DNA of 64,000 nucleotides from Alphaproteobacteria bacterium (lineage in GTDB: Bacteria > Pseudomonadota > Alphaproteobacteria > Bin95), in NCBI GenBank assembly GCA_965205265.1, contig CBDBGH010000003.1, forward strand, positions 2,496,001 to 2,560,000. Direction: 5' to 3'. The notes under the pieces are model-generated. The model did not search any database, had not been told where the DNA came from, and saw nothing but the letters and a program-made list of their open reading frames with translations. The translations under genes and the position numbers were made by a program. Below are positions 48,833 to 57,847 of the stretch, one piece after another. Position 1 is the first letter of the stretch. Each line of letters starts with the position of its first letter.

Positions 48833-49333
48833 TCATTGACCGCCGTTCGCGGGTTTGCAGGGTTCCGGCCTGCACCGCAGCACGATGTGCCGGCGCTCGA
48901 TTTCCCGGCGGAAGCGGTCGGGCAGACGGGCCCAGTCATGCGGCTGGACGAGGCGGGTTTCGCGGTCGAGGCCGTGGCGCCTCAGGAAGCGCTGCACCGT
49001 GGTCGGGTGGAACTCCAGCCCCTCGGCGGCGAGCGCGTCGCGCAGCCCGTACATGGAAAGCCCCGGCCGCCTCGCCAGGATGCGGAGGATGCGCTCCCGC
49101 TCCGGCTCGATCCGCGAGATGCTGCCGCCCTTCCTGTAGGGCCGCACATGGCCGCGCTCGCGAAGGCGCCGCACCCAATTGCCGACGCTTCTCCGCGTCA
49201 GGCCGAACCGCCGCGCCGCTGCGCGTATGCTCATGCCCTCGCGCAGCACGGCCGCCACCGCCGCCGCCCGCAGGTCCTCGCCCACCGCCCGGCCCCGCCG
49301 CCGCCCCGGCAATCCGTCCACGGGTCCGTCCAT
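48833..49333 (-). CDS. IS630-family ORF-A-like double-HTH DNA-binding protein without a DDE domain
   Basis: DLRAAAV...SIRAAARRFG...WVRRLRERG...TVQRFLRRHGL. Confidence 0.7.
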   Translation of the reverse strand: MDGPVDGLPGRRRGRAVGEDLRAAAVAAVLREGMSIRAAARRFGLTRRSVGNWVRRLRERGHVRPYRKGGSISRIEPERERILRILARRPGLSMYGLRDALAAEGLEFHPTTVQRFLRRHGLDRETRLVQPHDWARLPDRFRREIERRHIVLRCRPEPCKPANGGQ

Positions 49334-49555
49334 CGCCCTGTCTTTTCCTCTGGCGATTCCGCCGCCGCGAACCGCCCCTTTCCGGCCGAAATCGACCGCC
49401 ACGCCCGGCCGTCCGGCCGCACCTCCCCTGTGGGTCGGCGGGGGCCCCGGTCAGCGGCCCTCACGCCTTCGGGTTCGGTGCTTCACAAGGGCGGCGCAAG
49501 CCGCCGCCGGTCGGTCAGGTCATGGCCTCTCTCGGCATGTTTTCTTGGTATAAGG

Positions 49556-49587
49556 GAATATATAGAGAACAAACAGCCCGGAGTCAA
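49556..49587 (-). promoter_or_regulatory. Sigma70 promoter with an overlapping putative alphaproteobacterial LexA box
   Basis: Minus strand TTGACT-17-TATATA; GTTC-N7-ATTC (1 mismatch from GTTC-N7-GTTC). Confidence 0.6.
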
Positions 49588-49634
49588 GCCATCCCTGTCG
49601 CCTCTTTCCGTTGTTGCGGCTGCCTGCCTTTGCT

Positions 49635-49750
49635 CCCCTCCCGCTGGGCGGGAGGGGTTGGGGGAGGGCCTCTCAACGTGACGGGGCTTCGCCCGCCGGC
49701 CTGACGGCCGGCCCCTCACCCGGCCTCTCTCCGCAAGCGGGGAGAGGGGA
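49635..49750. repeat. REP-like family C doublet
   Basis: CCCCTCCCGC...GCGGGAGGGGTTGGGGGAGGG and CCCCTCACCCGGCCTCTCTCC...GGGGAGAGGG. Confidence 0.7.
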
Positions 49751-49830
49751 ATTGTTGCGGCTGCCCACCGTGCGGCGTTGACGGCGGAAGGCGCACCGGT
49801 GCAGGGGCCTACCGCATGCACACATCTCGC

Positions 49831-49858
49831 CGCACCTTCGGTGCTAACCATCTGACAT
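49831..49858 (+). other. Conserved putative element-end (att-like) motif, copy 1
   Basis: CGCACCTTCGGTGCTAACCATCTGACAT, near-identical to 53633-53661; both lie ~90 bp upstream of paralogous integrases. Confidence 0.65.
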
Positions 49859-49950
49859 GATTGTGGATTTTTCCCGTTTCCGGTGCAACCGGGCGCGCGA
49901 AAGGCACCCCGGTTTCGCACCTACGTGCAAAGGATCGGGGAACCGCAGTC

Positions 49951-51078
49951 ATGGCCGCCATTCGCCTCACCCAACGCCGGGTCGATACCCTCCGGCCGCA
50001 CAAGACTGTCCGCACTGTCCGGGACGCAGAACTGAAGGGATACGGCGTCCGCATCACGCCCTCGGGCAGGAAGCGGTACTTCATTCACAGCCAGTACCGG
50101 GGCCACCGGGTCTGGAAGATCGTCGGCGATGCGGCGGTCATGACCGAGGCCGAGGCGCGCGCCCGCGCCAGATCCATACTGGCGGCACTGCACGACGACA
50201 GGGACATCGAGGTGGAGGCGTCCGGCGACGCGCTGTTCGAGACCGTCGCCGAGGAGGTCTTCTCCCGCTACGGCAGGCGCTGGAAGCCGCGCACGCTTGC
50301 GGTCAACCGCCGCTATCTCAGCAATCAGATCCTGCCCTTCTTCACGGGCCGGCCGGTTGCGGATATCACCCGCGAAGAGGTGCAGCGCTGGTTCCGCTCG
50401 CTCCATGCTACGCCCGCGGCGGCGAACCGTTCGGCGCCGATCCTCTCCGTCATCATGCAGCAGGCCGAAGCTTGGGGGTATCGTCCCGATGGCGGCAATC
50501 CCTGCAAGGGGATCAAGCGCTACCGGCAGAAGCGGTCCGAGCGTTTCCTGTCTCCGGAGGAATACCGCCGCCTCGGCATGGCGCTGGATCGGCATGAGGC
50601 CCGGCAGCCGTTCCGGGTTGCGGCCCTGCGCCTGCTTCTGCTGACCGGCTGCCGCAAGTCGGAGATCGTCACCCTGGAATGGCGCTTCTACCGCGACGGC
50701 AGGCTCTACCTGGCGGACAGCAAGACCGGTCCCCGCACGGTCTGGCTGTGCAGCGCGGCGCGGAAGGTCCTCGACGGGCTGCCGCGTTCGTCGCGCTTCG
50801 TGTTCCCCATCGCAGGCCGGACCACGCCGTGGAGCTGGCTGGACGCCTTCTGGATGCAGTTGCGCGTCGAGGCGGGTCTCGAGGACGTTCGCCTGCATGA
50901 CACCCGCCACTCTTTCGCTAGCATGGCGCTGTCGAACGGCGAGACGATCCGCACGGTGGGCCGGCTGCTGGGTCATGACAATGCGGCGACCACGCTGAAA
51001 TACGCGCATTTGTCCGACGCCACGGTCCGGGAGACGGTCGAAGCGCTGGCGCCGCTGCTCTCGGGGGCGCAGTCATGA
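49951..51078 (+). CDS. Tyrosine recombinase/integrase with arm-type DNA-binding domain (Int A)
   Basis: RDAELKGYGVR, TGCRKSE, KTG, HDTRH, LGH and KYAH motifs. Confidence 0.92.
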   Translation: MAAIRLTQRRVDTLRPHKTVRTVRDAELKGYGVRITPSGRKRYFIHSQYRGHRVWKIVGDAAVMTEAEARARARSILAALHDDRDIEVEASGDALFETVAEEVFSRYGRRWKPRTLAVNRRYLSNQILPFFTGRPVADITREEVQRWFRSLHATPAAANRSAPILSVIMQQAEAWGYRPDGGNPCKGIKRYRQKRSERFLSPEEYRRLGMALDRHEARQPFRVAALRLLLLTGCRKSEIVTLEWRFYRDGRLYLADSKTGPRTVWLCSAARKVLDGLPRSSRFVFPIAGRTTPWSWLDAFWMQLRVEAGLEDVRLHDTRHSFASMALSNGETIRTVGRLLGHDNAATTLKYAHLSDATVRETVEALAPLLSGAQS

Positions 51079-52238
51079 CCGGCAGGACGAGGAAAGTCCG
51101 TCTCACGAATGCCAGCGTCGCGAGACTGAAGCCGGGCGGCACCGAGTACATCGTGCGCGACATTCGTGTTGCCGGTCTGGGCGTGCGGGTTCGTCCGTCC
51201 GGGCATCGCAGTTTCGTGTGGCACGGGACCGTGAAGGGCGGGATTGTGCGCACGACCATCGGTTCGGCCACGCTGATGACGGTGGAGGAAGCCCGGAGCG
51301 CATGCCGGGCCTTTCTCGACGGCTCGCATCCCCTGTGTGCTGGAGACCTTGCCGATCAGGCTGCCGTTCCGTATTTCCGCGATTTCGTCATGGAAGACTG
51401 GCTCCCGGCATACCGGGGTCGATACAGCCCAGGCTGGGGAAAGCGCGTGGACCGCATGGTGAAACGACAACTTCTCCCTGCCTTCGGCGCGCTGCGTCTC
51501 GACCGCATCGGCAGACCCCATGTCGAGCGCTGGTTCGACGCCATGAGTCGCAAGACACCGGGCGCGGCCAACACGACACTCGCCGTGCTACGCCAGATCG
51601 TGGGCGCCGCGAAAGCCGCCGGCCATATCGGGACCGATCCGGTTGCGGGCGTCAGGCCGAACCCGGGCAGGAAGATGACCCGGTTCCTGTCCGCCGAGGA
51701 GATCGCCCGGCTTCACCGGACCCTGGACCGGCTTGTGGAGGAACGGCCCTCGCGCCGGCCGCAGGCCGACGTCATCTGCCTGCTGTTACTGACCGGTTGC
51801 CGGAAGAGCGAAATCCTGACGCTCAGATGGTCGGAGGTCGATGGCGACGTGCTCAGATTGGTGGAAGCCAAGACGGGGCCGCGCACGGTCTGGCTGAGCG
51901 AGGCGGCGCAGGCCGTTATCGCCCGACAGCCCCGCACGCACAGCGCCTTCGTCTTTCCCTCGCCCAAGGACCCGGCAAGGCCGCAGTCCCGCAATCTCGG
52001 TCTCTGGCGCCGGGCGCGGCGGGAAGCCGGGATCGAGGATGTGCGCCTGCATGACCTGCGCCATACGGTAGCGAGCCAGGCCGTGGCCCGGGGCGTCCCG
52101 CTGTCGACCGTCGCCCGAATGCTCGGTCATACGCAGCCGGTCATGACACTCAGATACGCCCATGTCGGGGACCACGAAGTCGAGGACGCGGCGGAGCGTG
52201 TAGGGTCAATCATCGCGGCCGCCATGACAAGCGCCTGA
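51075..52238 (+). CDS. Tyrosine recombinase/integrase with arm-type DNA-binding domain (Int B)
   Basis: GLGVRVRPSG, TGCRKSE, HDLRH, LGH and RYAH motifs; ATGA overlap with Int A. Confidence 0.92.
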   Translation: MTGRTRKVRLTNASVARLKPGGTEYIVRDIRVAGLGVRVRPSGHRSFVWHGTVKGGIVRTTIGSATLMTVEEARSACRAFLDGSHPLCAGDLADQAAVPYFRDFVMEDWLPAYRGRYSPGWGKRVDRMVKRQLLPAFGALRLDRIGRPHVERWFDAMSRKTPGAANTTLAVLRQIVGAAKAAGHIGTDPVAGVRPNPGRKMTRFLSAEEIARLHRTLDRLVEERPSRRPQADVICLLLLTGCRKSEILTLRWSEVDGDVLRLVEAKTGPRTVWLSEAAQAVIARQPRTHSAFVFPSPKDPARPQSRNLGLWRRARREAGIEDVRLHDLRHTVASQAVARGVPLSTVARMLGHTQPVMTLRYAHVGDHEVEDAAERVGSIIAAAMTSA

Positions 52239-52507
52239 ATGGCAACCGGGACATTGAGAGCTTGCCGGACAATGTCCGCGTTGTCTTCGGATTCAGGTGC
52301 GAAGAGCGATGATCGCAGCCCATCTTGCCTGCATTTCCGCATTCGACACAACGCCGGTCGTCACGCTTGAAGATACTCGACAGGTCGCTGCCCGGTATCG
52401 AGCATCAAGGCAGACACGATGGCGATTCATGCTATAGTTTCCATCCTGCTAAAGGCCCGATCTGGGCGAGACATGTAGGACGCGGCTTTTGGGATCAGGT
52501 CATCATC

Positions 52508-53080
52508 ATGTTTGACTGGCAAATTGTAGCGACGATAGCGGCTCCGATAATCGCTCTCTTTGTGGGCATTTGGGTTAGTCGCCGGTTTGAGAGCCGCCCG
52601 ATAGTGCTCTCCCACTGGGGGCATGTCTCTTCCTTCAATCACGAGAGTATTGATGGCACCATAACTACAATAAACACCCACTCTGTTGTTCTCAGGAATG
52701 TCGGACGCCGTGCAGCGACCAACGTACGAATGAGTCATTTTCGTCTGCCATCATTCAATATATGGCCTCCCGTCCAATATACAGTGGAGCAAGTGCCTAA
52801 TGCAGGAGAGGAAATTGTTATCCCTATCATGGTTCCAGATCAGCATTTGACTGTTTCATATCTTTACTTTCCTCCAATTACTTACGCTGAAGTTAACAAT
52901 GGTGTAAAATTCAATGAAGGATTTGCTACCCCTATACCAGTTCTACTGCAACGACAATATTCGCCTTGGTTTACAAAAATTGTTGGCGCAATTTTAATTT
53001 TAGGGATCGCCACTCTGTTGTTCGGTGTATTTGAAATTGGAATATTTGTCGCCGAATTAATTTACCAAGAGCCTGATTAA
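52508..53080 (+). CDS. Low-GC hypothetical protein with N- and C-terminal TM helices
   Basis: TM / beta-rich (LRNVGRRAATNV) / TM architecture. Confidence 0.7.
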   Translation: MFDWQIVATIAAPIIALFVGIWVSRRFESRPIVLSHWGHVSSFNHESIDGTITTINTHSVVLRNVGRRAATNVRMSHFRLPSFNIWPPVQYTVEQVPNAGEEIVIPIMVPDQHLTVSYLYFPPITYAEVNNGVKFNEGFATPIPVLLQRQYSPWFTKIVGAILILGIATLLFGVFEIGIFVAELIYQEPD

Positions 53081-53169
53081 TTTACTTGTCCTACCGGGTC
53101 TATATCATCTGCCCGAATGACCGAGCCATTATGGTAGCCTGCGAAACCTCACTCCCGGAGCACAACAGG

Positions 53170-53610
53170 ATGGCGGAACCTCAACCGACCGTTCAGGATA
53201 TTGAAGATCTGGTCGCCTTTCTACCCAAGCTCTACGGGCACGGCGCGCAGCCTGCCGGGAAGCTGATTACGGGCGAGGAGACAGCGGACGGGACGCCGAC
53301 CCTGCCTCGGTATGAATATGGCGAAGCGGTCGAAAGCTTCTTCAACACGATTGTGAGGCAGGGCTGTTGGCTGGACCACGACTATGACCCGGAAGAGGCC
53401 GAAAGACTGCTCATGGACGAAGCGGCCGTCGCGTGTGCGACGGTTCCAGAGATTCGCCGCTTGCTGACCCTGGTTGTCCGGGGTGAGCGCTTTTGTGACG
53501 GCTGGTGGTCTTCGATGATCGAAGAAGGCCATGTCCGCCGATTGCTTGAGCGCCTCACCGAGATCAACCATGCCGAACAGGCGGCAATCCGCTCGGGAAA
53601 CGCGGTATGA
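53170..53610 (+). CDS. DUF6508-like protein
   Basis: LVAFLP...RGERFCDGWW..MIEEG....LLERL. Confidence 0.65.
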   Translation: MAEPQPTVQDIEDLVAFLPKLYGHGAQPAGKLITGEETADGTPTLPRYEYGEAVESFFNTIVRQGCWLDHDYDPEEAERLLMDEAAVACATVPEIRRLLTLVVRGERFCDGWWSSMIEEGHVRRLLERLTEINHAEQAAIRSGNAV

Positions 53611-53632
53611 CGCCCGACCGCCTCACCGCCCC

Positions 53633-53661
53633 CGCACCTTGCGGTGCTAACTATCTGATAT
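53633..53661 (+). other. Conserved putative element-end (att-like) motif, copy 2
   Basis: CGCACCTTGCGGTGCTAACTATCTGATAT followed by three TGCAAC repeats. Confidence 0.65.
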
Positions 53662-53749
53662 AGCGTCGTTTTTCTCCCGAAAATTTGCAACTGGGGAACT
53701 GGACTGCAACTCCCGGTTCCCCGGCTGCAACCAGAACCGGGAGAAGGAC

Positions 53750-54183
53750 ATGCCCAGGACTACCCTGACTGCGGCCCGCATCGGGGCGCTCAGGCCCCGC
53801 AAGGCAAGCCGCGACATCCGCGATGCTGAACTGCGGGGTTTTGGCATCCGCGTGTCGCCTTCGGGCCGCAAGCAGTTCTTCGTCCAGTGCCAGCATCGCG
53901 GCGAGCGCGTCTGGAAGATCGTGGGCGACGCTGGGACCATGAACATTTGCGAGGCGCGAGCCCTGGCGATCGAAATGCTTGCCGCCATCCGGCGGGGCGG
54001 GGAGGCTCCGCGCCGTCCCGACGAGACCCTTTTTGAGGCCGTCGCCGCGACCGTGTTCGAGCGCCATGCGCGGCTCTGGAAGTCCGGAACGCTCAAGGTG
54101 AACCGGGGCTATCTTCGCAGCCAGCTCCTGCCGCATTTCGCCGGGCGGCAGATTGCCGACATCGACCGGCAGGAGGTGAGGAA
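53750..54183 (+). pseudogene. 5' part of an Int A paralog, interrupted by a group II intron; catalytic domain absent
   Basis: RDAELRGFGIRVSPSGRK...WKIVGDA...LFEAVA aligns with Int A up to DIDRQEVRK. Confidence 0.85.
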
Positions 54184-56108
54184 GTGCGCCAGGCTAACTG
54201 GTGCCAGTGTAGCCGGTGAAAGTCCGGCAGGAAGGAGAAGGTGAGCCACCACTTCCACCCCGAGTCATGGGCCGTCGCTCGCGAGGGCGGGGGTCAAGCG
54301 TTGACAGGGGCGCGTGCGGACAGGGCTATCGAGCACCGAAAGATCCTTAGTCCGGGATGCCGAGACCTTTTCCTCGGTCGAAGGCAGCATCCGACCCACC
54401 GTTATGGCGAGGGGGGTCGGAGTCCCGCGGTGTCCAAGAACCCATGCACGTACGTAAGCACTGCACCGGGACCTGGGAGGTCTCCATGCCATCCCGCTGT
54501 CGTGGCAGGATCGCAAAGGAAAGGAGTAGTCCGTAACCGATGATGAACGGCATGGAGAAGTCAGACTCGGCCATAGTAGCCGTGAAGCCGGCGAACAAAG
54601 GGGCGTCAGCCTCGGCGGAGCCGGTGGAGCCAAGGGCCGAGCCCAAGGGGAATCCGGAAGGCCAAAGCACGCGCCGGACGCAGAACCGGGAAAGCGTGTC
54701 ACAGGCGGCCGACCGGATACGGCAGTTTGTACAAAGGGAACGCAAGGTGCGTCTCACGACGCTCCTTCACCATGTCACGGTCGATGCGCTTCGCTGGGCG
54801 TTCTTCGAGCTAAAGAAGAACGCGGCGGCGGGCGCGGATGGCATGACGTGGCGGATGTACGGGAAGGAACTGGAAGGCCGCTTGGCCGACCTGCACGACC
54901 GCGTGCATTCGGGAGCGTACCGGGCGACGCCATCGCGACGGGTGAACATCCCGAAGCCGGATGGCGGTACACGACCGCTCGGCGTCGCGGCCATCGAGGA
55001 CAAGATCGTCCAGAAGGTCGTGGCGGAGATAATCCTGACGCCGATCTACGAGGCGGAGTTCCTGGGGTTCAGCTACGGGTTCCGGCCCGGTCGTGGGGCG
55101 CACAATGCGCTCGATGCGATCGCGGTCGGCATCGACAAGTTCAAGATCAACTGGGTGGTCGATTGCGACATCCGCAAATTCTTCGACACGGTGTCGAGGG
55201 ACTGGCTGGTCCGGTTCCTTGAACACCGCATCGCGGACAAGCGGGTCATCAGGCTGATCATCAAGTGGCTGAACGCCGGCGTCATGGAAGATGGAGAGAG
55301 GCGGGACGACCTGCGGGGGACCCCGCAGGGATCGGTGATTTCGCCGATCCTGGCGAACGTCTACCTGCATTACGTCCTCGATCTCTGGTTCCATAAGAAG
55401 TGGCGCAGCCACGAGGTCTACGGCGACGCGATCATCGTGCGGTACGCCGACGACTTCGTGGTTGGTTTCCAGCACAAGCAGGACGCGGAGCGATTTCTGG
55501 ATGCCCTGAAGGAGCGGTTCGGAAGCTTCGAACTGGAACTGCATCCCGACAAGACCCGGCTCATCGAGTTCGGGCGATTTGCCCCTAGAAACCGTCGGCG
55601 ACGAGGGCAGGGCAAACCGGAGACTTTCGACTTTCTGGGCTTCACGCACTACTGCACGGAGACCAGAGGCGGGCGTTTCCAGTTGGGGCGCAAGCCGGTT
55701 GCGGAGCGGATGGCCCGCACACTGAAGCGGATAAAGGAAGCGCTATGCAGCCGAATGCATGACAACGCCGCAGGCGAGGTGGCTGGGCAAGGTGCTTGAC
55801 GGATGGCTGAACTACTTTGCCGTCCCGATGAGCCACCGATACCTGAGCCGCTTCGCCTCGCGCCTGAAGCGGATGTGGATCGCGATCACGCGCCGCAGAT
55901 CGCAACGGGACCGCTTCGGCTGGGCACAGGTCGACAAGTTGACGACCAAGTACTGGCCCAAGGTGGAAATCCGGCACCCGTGGCCGAACCGACGACTTGC
56001 CGTCAGCGTGTATGGGAACAGCGCAACCCGAGGGAGGAGCCGGATGCCTTAGCGGGCACGTCCGGATCTGTGCGGGGGGCGCCGGGCAACCGGCGTCCCT
56101 ACCGCGAT
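54184..56108 (+). mobile_element. Group II intron (RT/maturase, no endonuclease domain)
   Basis: 5' GTGCG; domain V GAGCCGGATGC...GCACGTCCGGATC; domain VI ending CCCTACCGCGAT; EBS1 TTCCTC (54370-54375) complementary to IBS1 GAGGAA (54178-54183). Confidence 0.9.
54540..56052 (+). pseudogene. ltrA: Intron-encoded reverse transcriptase/maturase, frameshifted near 55768
   Basis: IPKPDGGTRPLG, SYGFRPGR, GTPQG, RYADD and FDFLGF motifs; domain X (WLGKVLDGWLNYFAVP) continues in another frame. Confidence 0.85.
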
Positions 56109-56161
56109 GCGGTTTCCCCGCGCCGATGCCGGACCGGGCAACGGCACGAGGAGTTCCGCCC

Positions 56162-56413
56162 ATGTTTCGTCCCGATACATCCCTCGACCTTCCGACCGGC
56201 TGCGACCTTCTCGCCGAGCTCGGGGTCGATCGCCGCACCGTCCGCGAAGTCGCCGAGCACGAGCGCGCCATCCGCTGTCCCGACCGGGGCGCGGTTTATC
56301 CGGAACACGGCTTCGCGAGCCTTTACCCCGAACCGGCGTTCGGGATGGCCCTCCAGGACGCGGCGCCAGCGGAGCCCTGGGACCCGGCGTCGTCGCTCTT
56401 CCCGGTCGATTAG
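56162..56413 (+). CDS. Small hypothetical protein
   Basis: GAGGAG RBS; coding-like composition. Confidence 0.5.
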   Translation: MFRPDTSLDLPTGCDLLAELGVDRRTVREVAEHERAIRCPDRGAVYPEHGFASLYPEPAFGMALQDAAPAEPWDPASSLFPVD

Positions 56414-56523
56414 AGGTGGAGGGGGGCTTGAAGAGATTGAACGGTCGGGGGTTCGGGGGAGTGAACCCGGCCTCCGGTCGTTCGGAACCCATCGTCATCA
56501 ACCAGGAATCACAGGAGACCGTC

Positions 56524-56973
56524 ATGGCCTTCGGAAAGAACTACGCGGAGATCGTCGGCCGCCTCGGCGCCGACGTCACCATCAACCACCTCGCCTCGGG
56601 CGGGCGCGTCGCCAACCTCTCGATCGCGACCGACGAGGGGTATCTCGATCGCAACTCGGGCCAGAAGGTCGACAAGACCGAGTGGCACCGGGTCGTGACC
56701 TTCCAGGACGGGCTGATCGACATGCTCGAGAAGCACGCCACGAAGGGCCGCCTGATCGCCGTCGAGGGCAAGATGCAGACCCGGCGCTGGCGCAAGGCGG
56801 GCGAGGACTCCGACCGCTTCTCGACCGAGATCCTCGTCGTGCCGGGCCACCGGGTGCAGTTCTACGACAAGCCCAACGGCAACGGCGCCCCGCCCGCGGA
56901 CGCCCAGGCGCCGATGGACGAGACCGCCGCCCCGGCGAACGGCACCGGCGACATCGAGGACCCGCCGTTCTAG
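56524..56973 (+). CDS. ssb: Single-stranded DNA-binding protein (mobile-element type)
   Basis: IVGRLGAD, TEWHRV, KGRLIAVEG and acidic EDPPF tail. Confidence 0.92.
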   Translation: MAFGKNYAEIVGRLGADVTINHLASGGRVANLSIATDEGYLDRNSGQKVDKTEWHRVVTFQDGLIDMLEKHATKGRLIAVEGKMQTRRWRKAGEDSDRFSTEILVVPGHRVQFYDKPNGNGAPPADAQAPMDETAAPANGTGDIEDPPF

Positions 56974-57005
56974 GCCGCCTCTCGTCGCTTCCTCCCTCCT
57001 GCCTC

Positions 57006-57041
57006 GGGAGCCGGCACGTCGTGCCGGCTCCCTTTCTTTTT
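57006..57041 (+). terminator. Intrinsic terminator after ssb
   Basis: GGGAGCCGGCAC-gtc-GTGCCGGCTCCC followed by a T-rich tract. Confidence 0.8.
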
Positions 57042-57148
57042 GCAGCGGGCCTGGAGTCCGTCTTCTTCATCCCGGCGCCACGATGTTCCGGCGCCGGAGT
57101 CCGGGAGAAGCGCGGGAAGGGGCGTTCGCCTTTGCGAGGAGAGAGAGC

Positions 57149-57718
57149 ATGCTCCGCGACACCGAGAGCGTCTTCGCCCACGGGGCGGTCATCGTTCCCG
57201 ATTTCGTCACCCCGGCCGAGGAGGAGCGCATCCTGCTCCGCATCGCCCAGGCCCCCTGGATGACCGAGCTGCGCCGCCGGGTGCAGCACTACGGTTACCG
57301 CTACAGCTACACCGGCACGAGCCGCCCCGTCCCGGCTGCGCCGTTCCCGCGCTGGGCCGAGGTCATGGCGGATCGGCTGCTGCCGCACTTCGGCGGGGCG
57401 CTGCCGGTGCAGTGCATCGTCAACGAGTACCGGCCCGGCCAGGGCATCGGCATGCACGCCGACCACCGGGACTTCGGGCCGGTCGTGGCGTCCCTGTCGC
57501 TCGCCGCCGACTGGCCGATGCGCTTCCGCCCGCGCTCGATCCGCCCCTACGCCCGCGACGGGCTGCCGGGCGACGAGGTCGTCGTGCTCCCCCGCCGCTC
57601 GGTGCTCGTCCTCGCGGGCCGCGCGCGCTCGGCGTTCATGCACGGCATCGACCGCGCCGACACCGCCGGCGAGGCCGCGACGCGCCTCTCCGCCACCTTC
57701 CGCACCCTCGCGCAGTAG
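57149..57718 (+). CDS. AlkB-family 2OG-Fe(II) dioxygenase
   Basis: RRVQHYGY, NEYRPGQGIGMHAD, HGI and RLSATFR motifs. Confidence 0.88.
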   Translation: MLRDTESVFAHGAVIVPDFVTPAEEERILLRIAQAPWMTELRRRVQHYGYRYSYTGTSRPVPAAPFPRWAEVMADRLLPHFGGALPVQCIVNEYRPGQGIGMHADHRDFGPVVASLSLAADWPMRFRPRSIRPYARDGLPGDEVVVLPRRSVLVLAGRARSAFMHGIDRADTAGEAATRLSATFRTLAQ

Positions 57719-57847
57719 CGCTCCGGCGGCCTGCCGCCGGCCCGGCCTCGCGCCCGCGCTTCGCGCTGGCCGCGCGTCCTCCGGCGCCGGCCGGAGGCGG
57801 AGGTCGGCCGGTATCGGGCGTTCCGCATGGCTCGAAGGAGGTCCCAC

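Noticed and set aside
48287-49681. 464-aa plus-strand ORF across the IS630-like gene
   Set aside because: It is low-complexity, runs through REP repeats and is antisense to a recognisable gene; only a short start at 48572 has an RBS.
48146-53661. Integron interpretation (hairpins as attC sites, integrases as IntI)
   Set aside because: The hairpins lack the RYYYAAC...GTTRRRY arrangement, and the integrases have arm-binding domains rather than the IntI-specific insertion.
54540-56052. Reverse transcriptase as a possible retron, DGR or defence RT
   Set aside because: It is flanked by canonical group II intron ends (GTGCG, domains V and VI, EBS1/IBS1); no TR/VR pair or msr/msd was seen.
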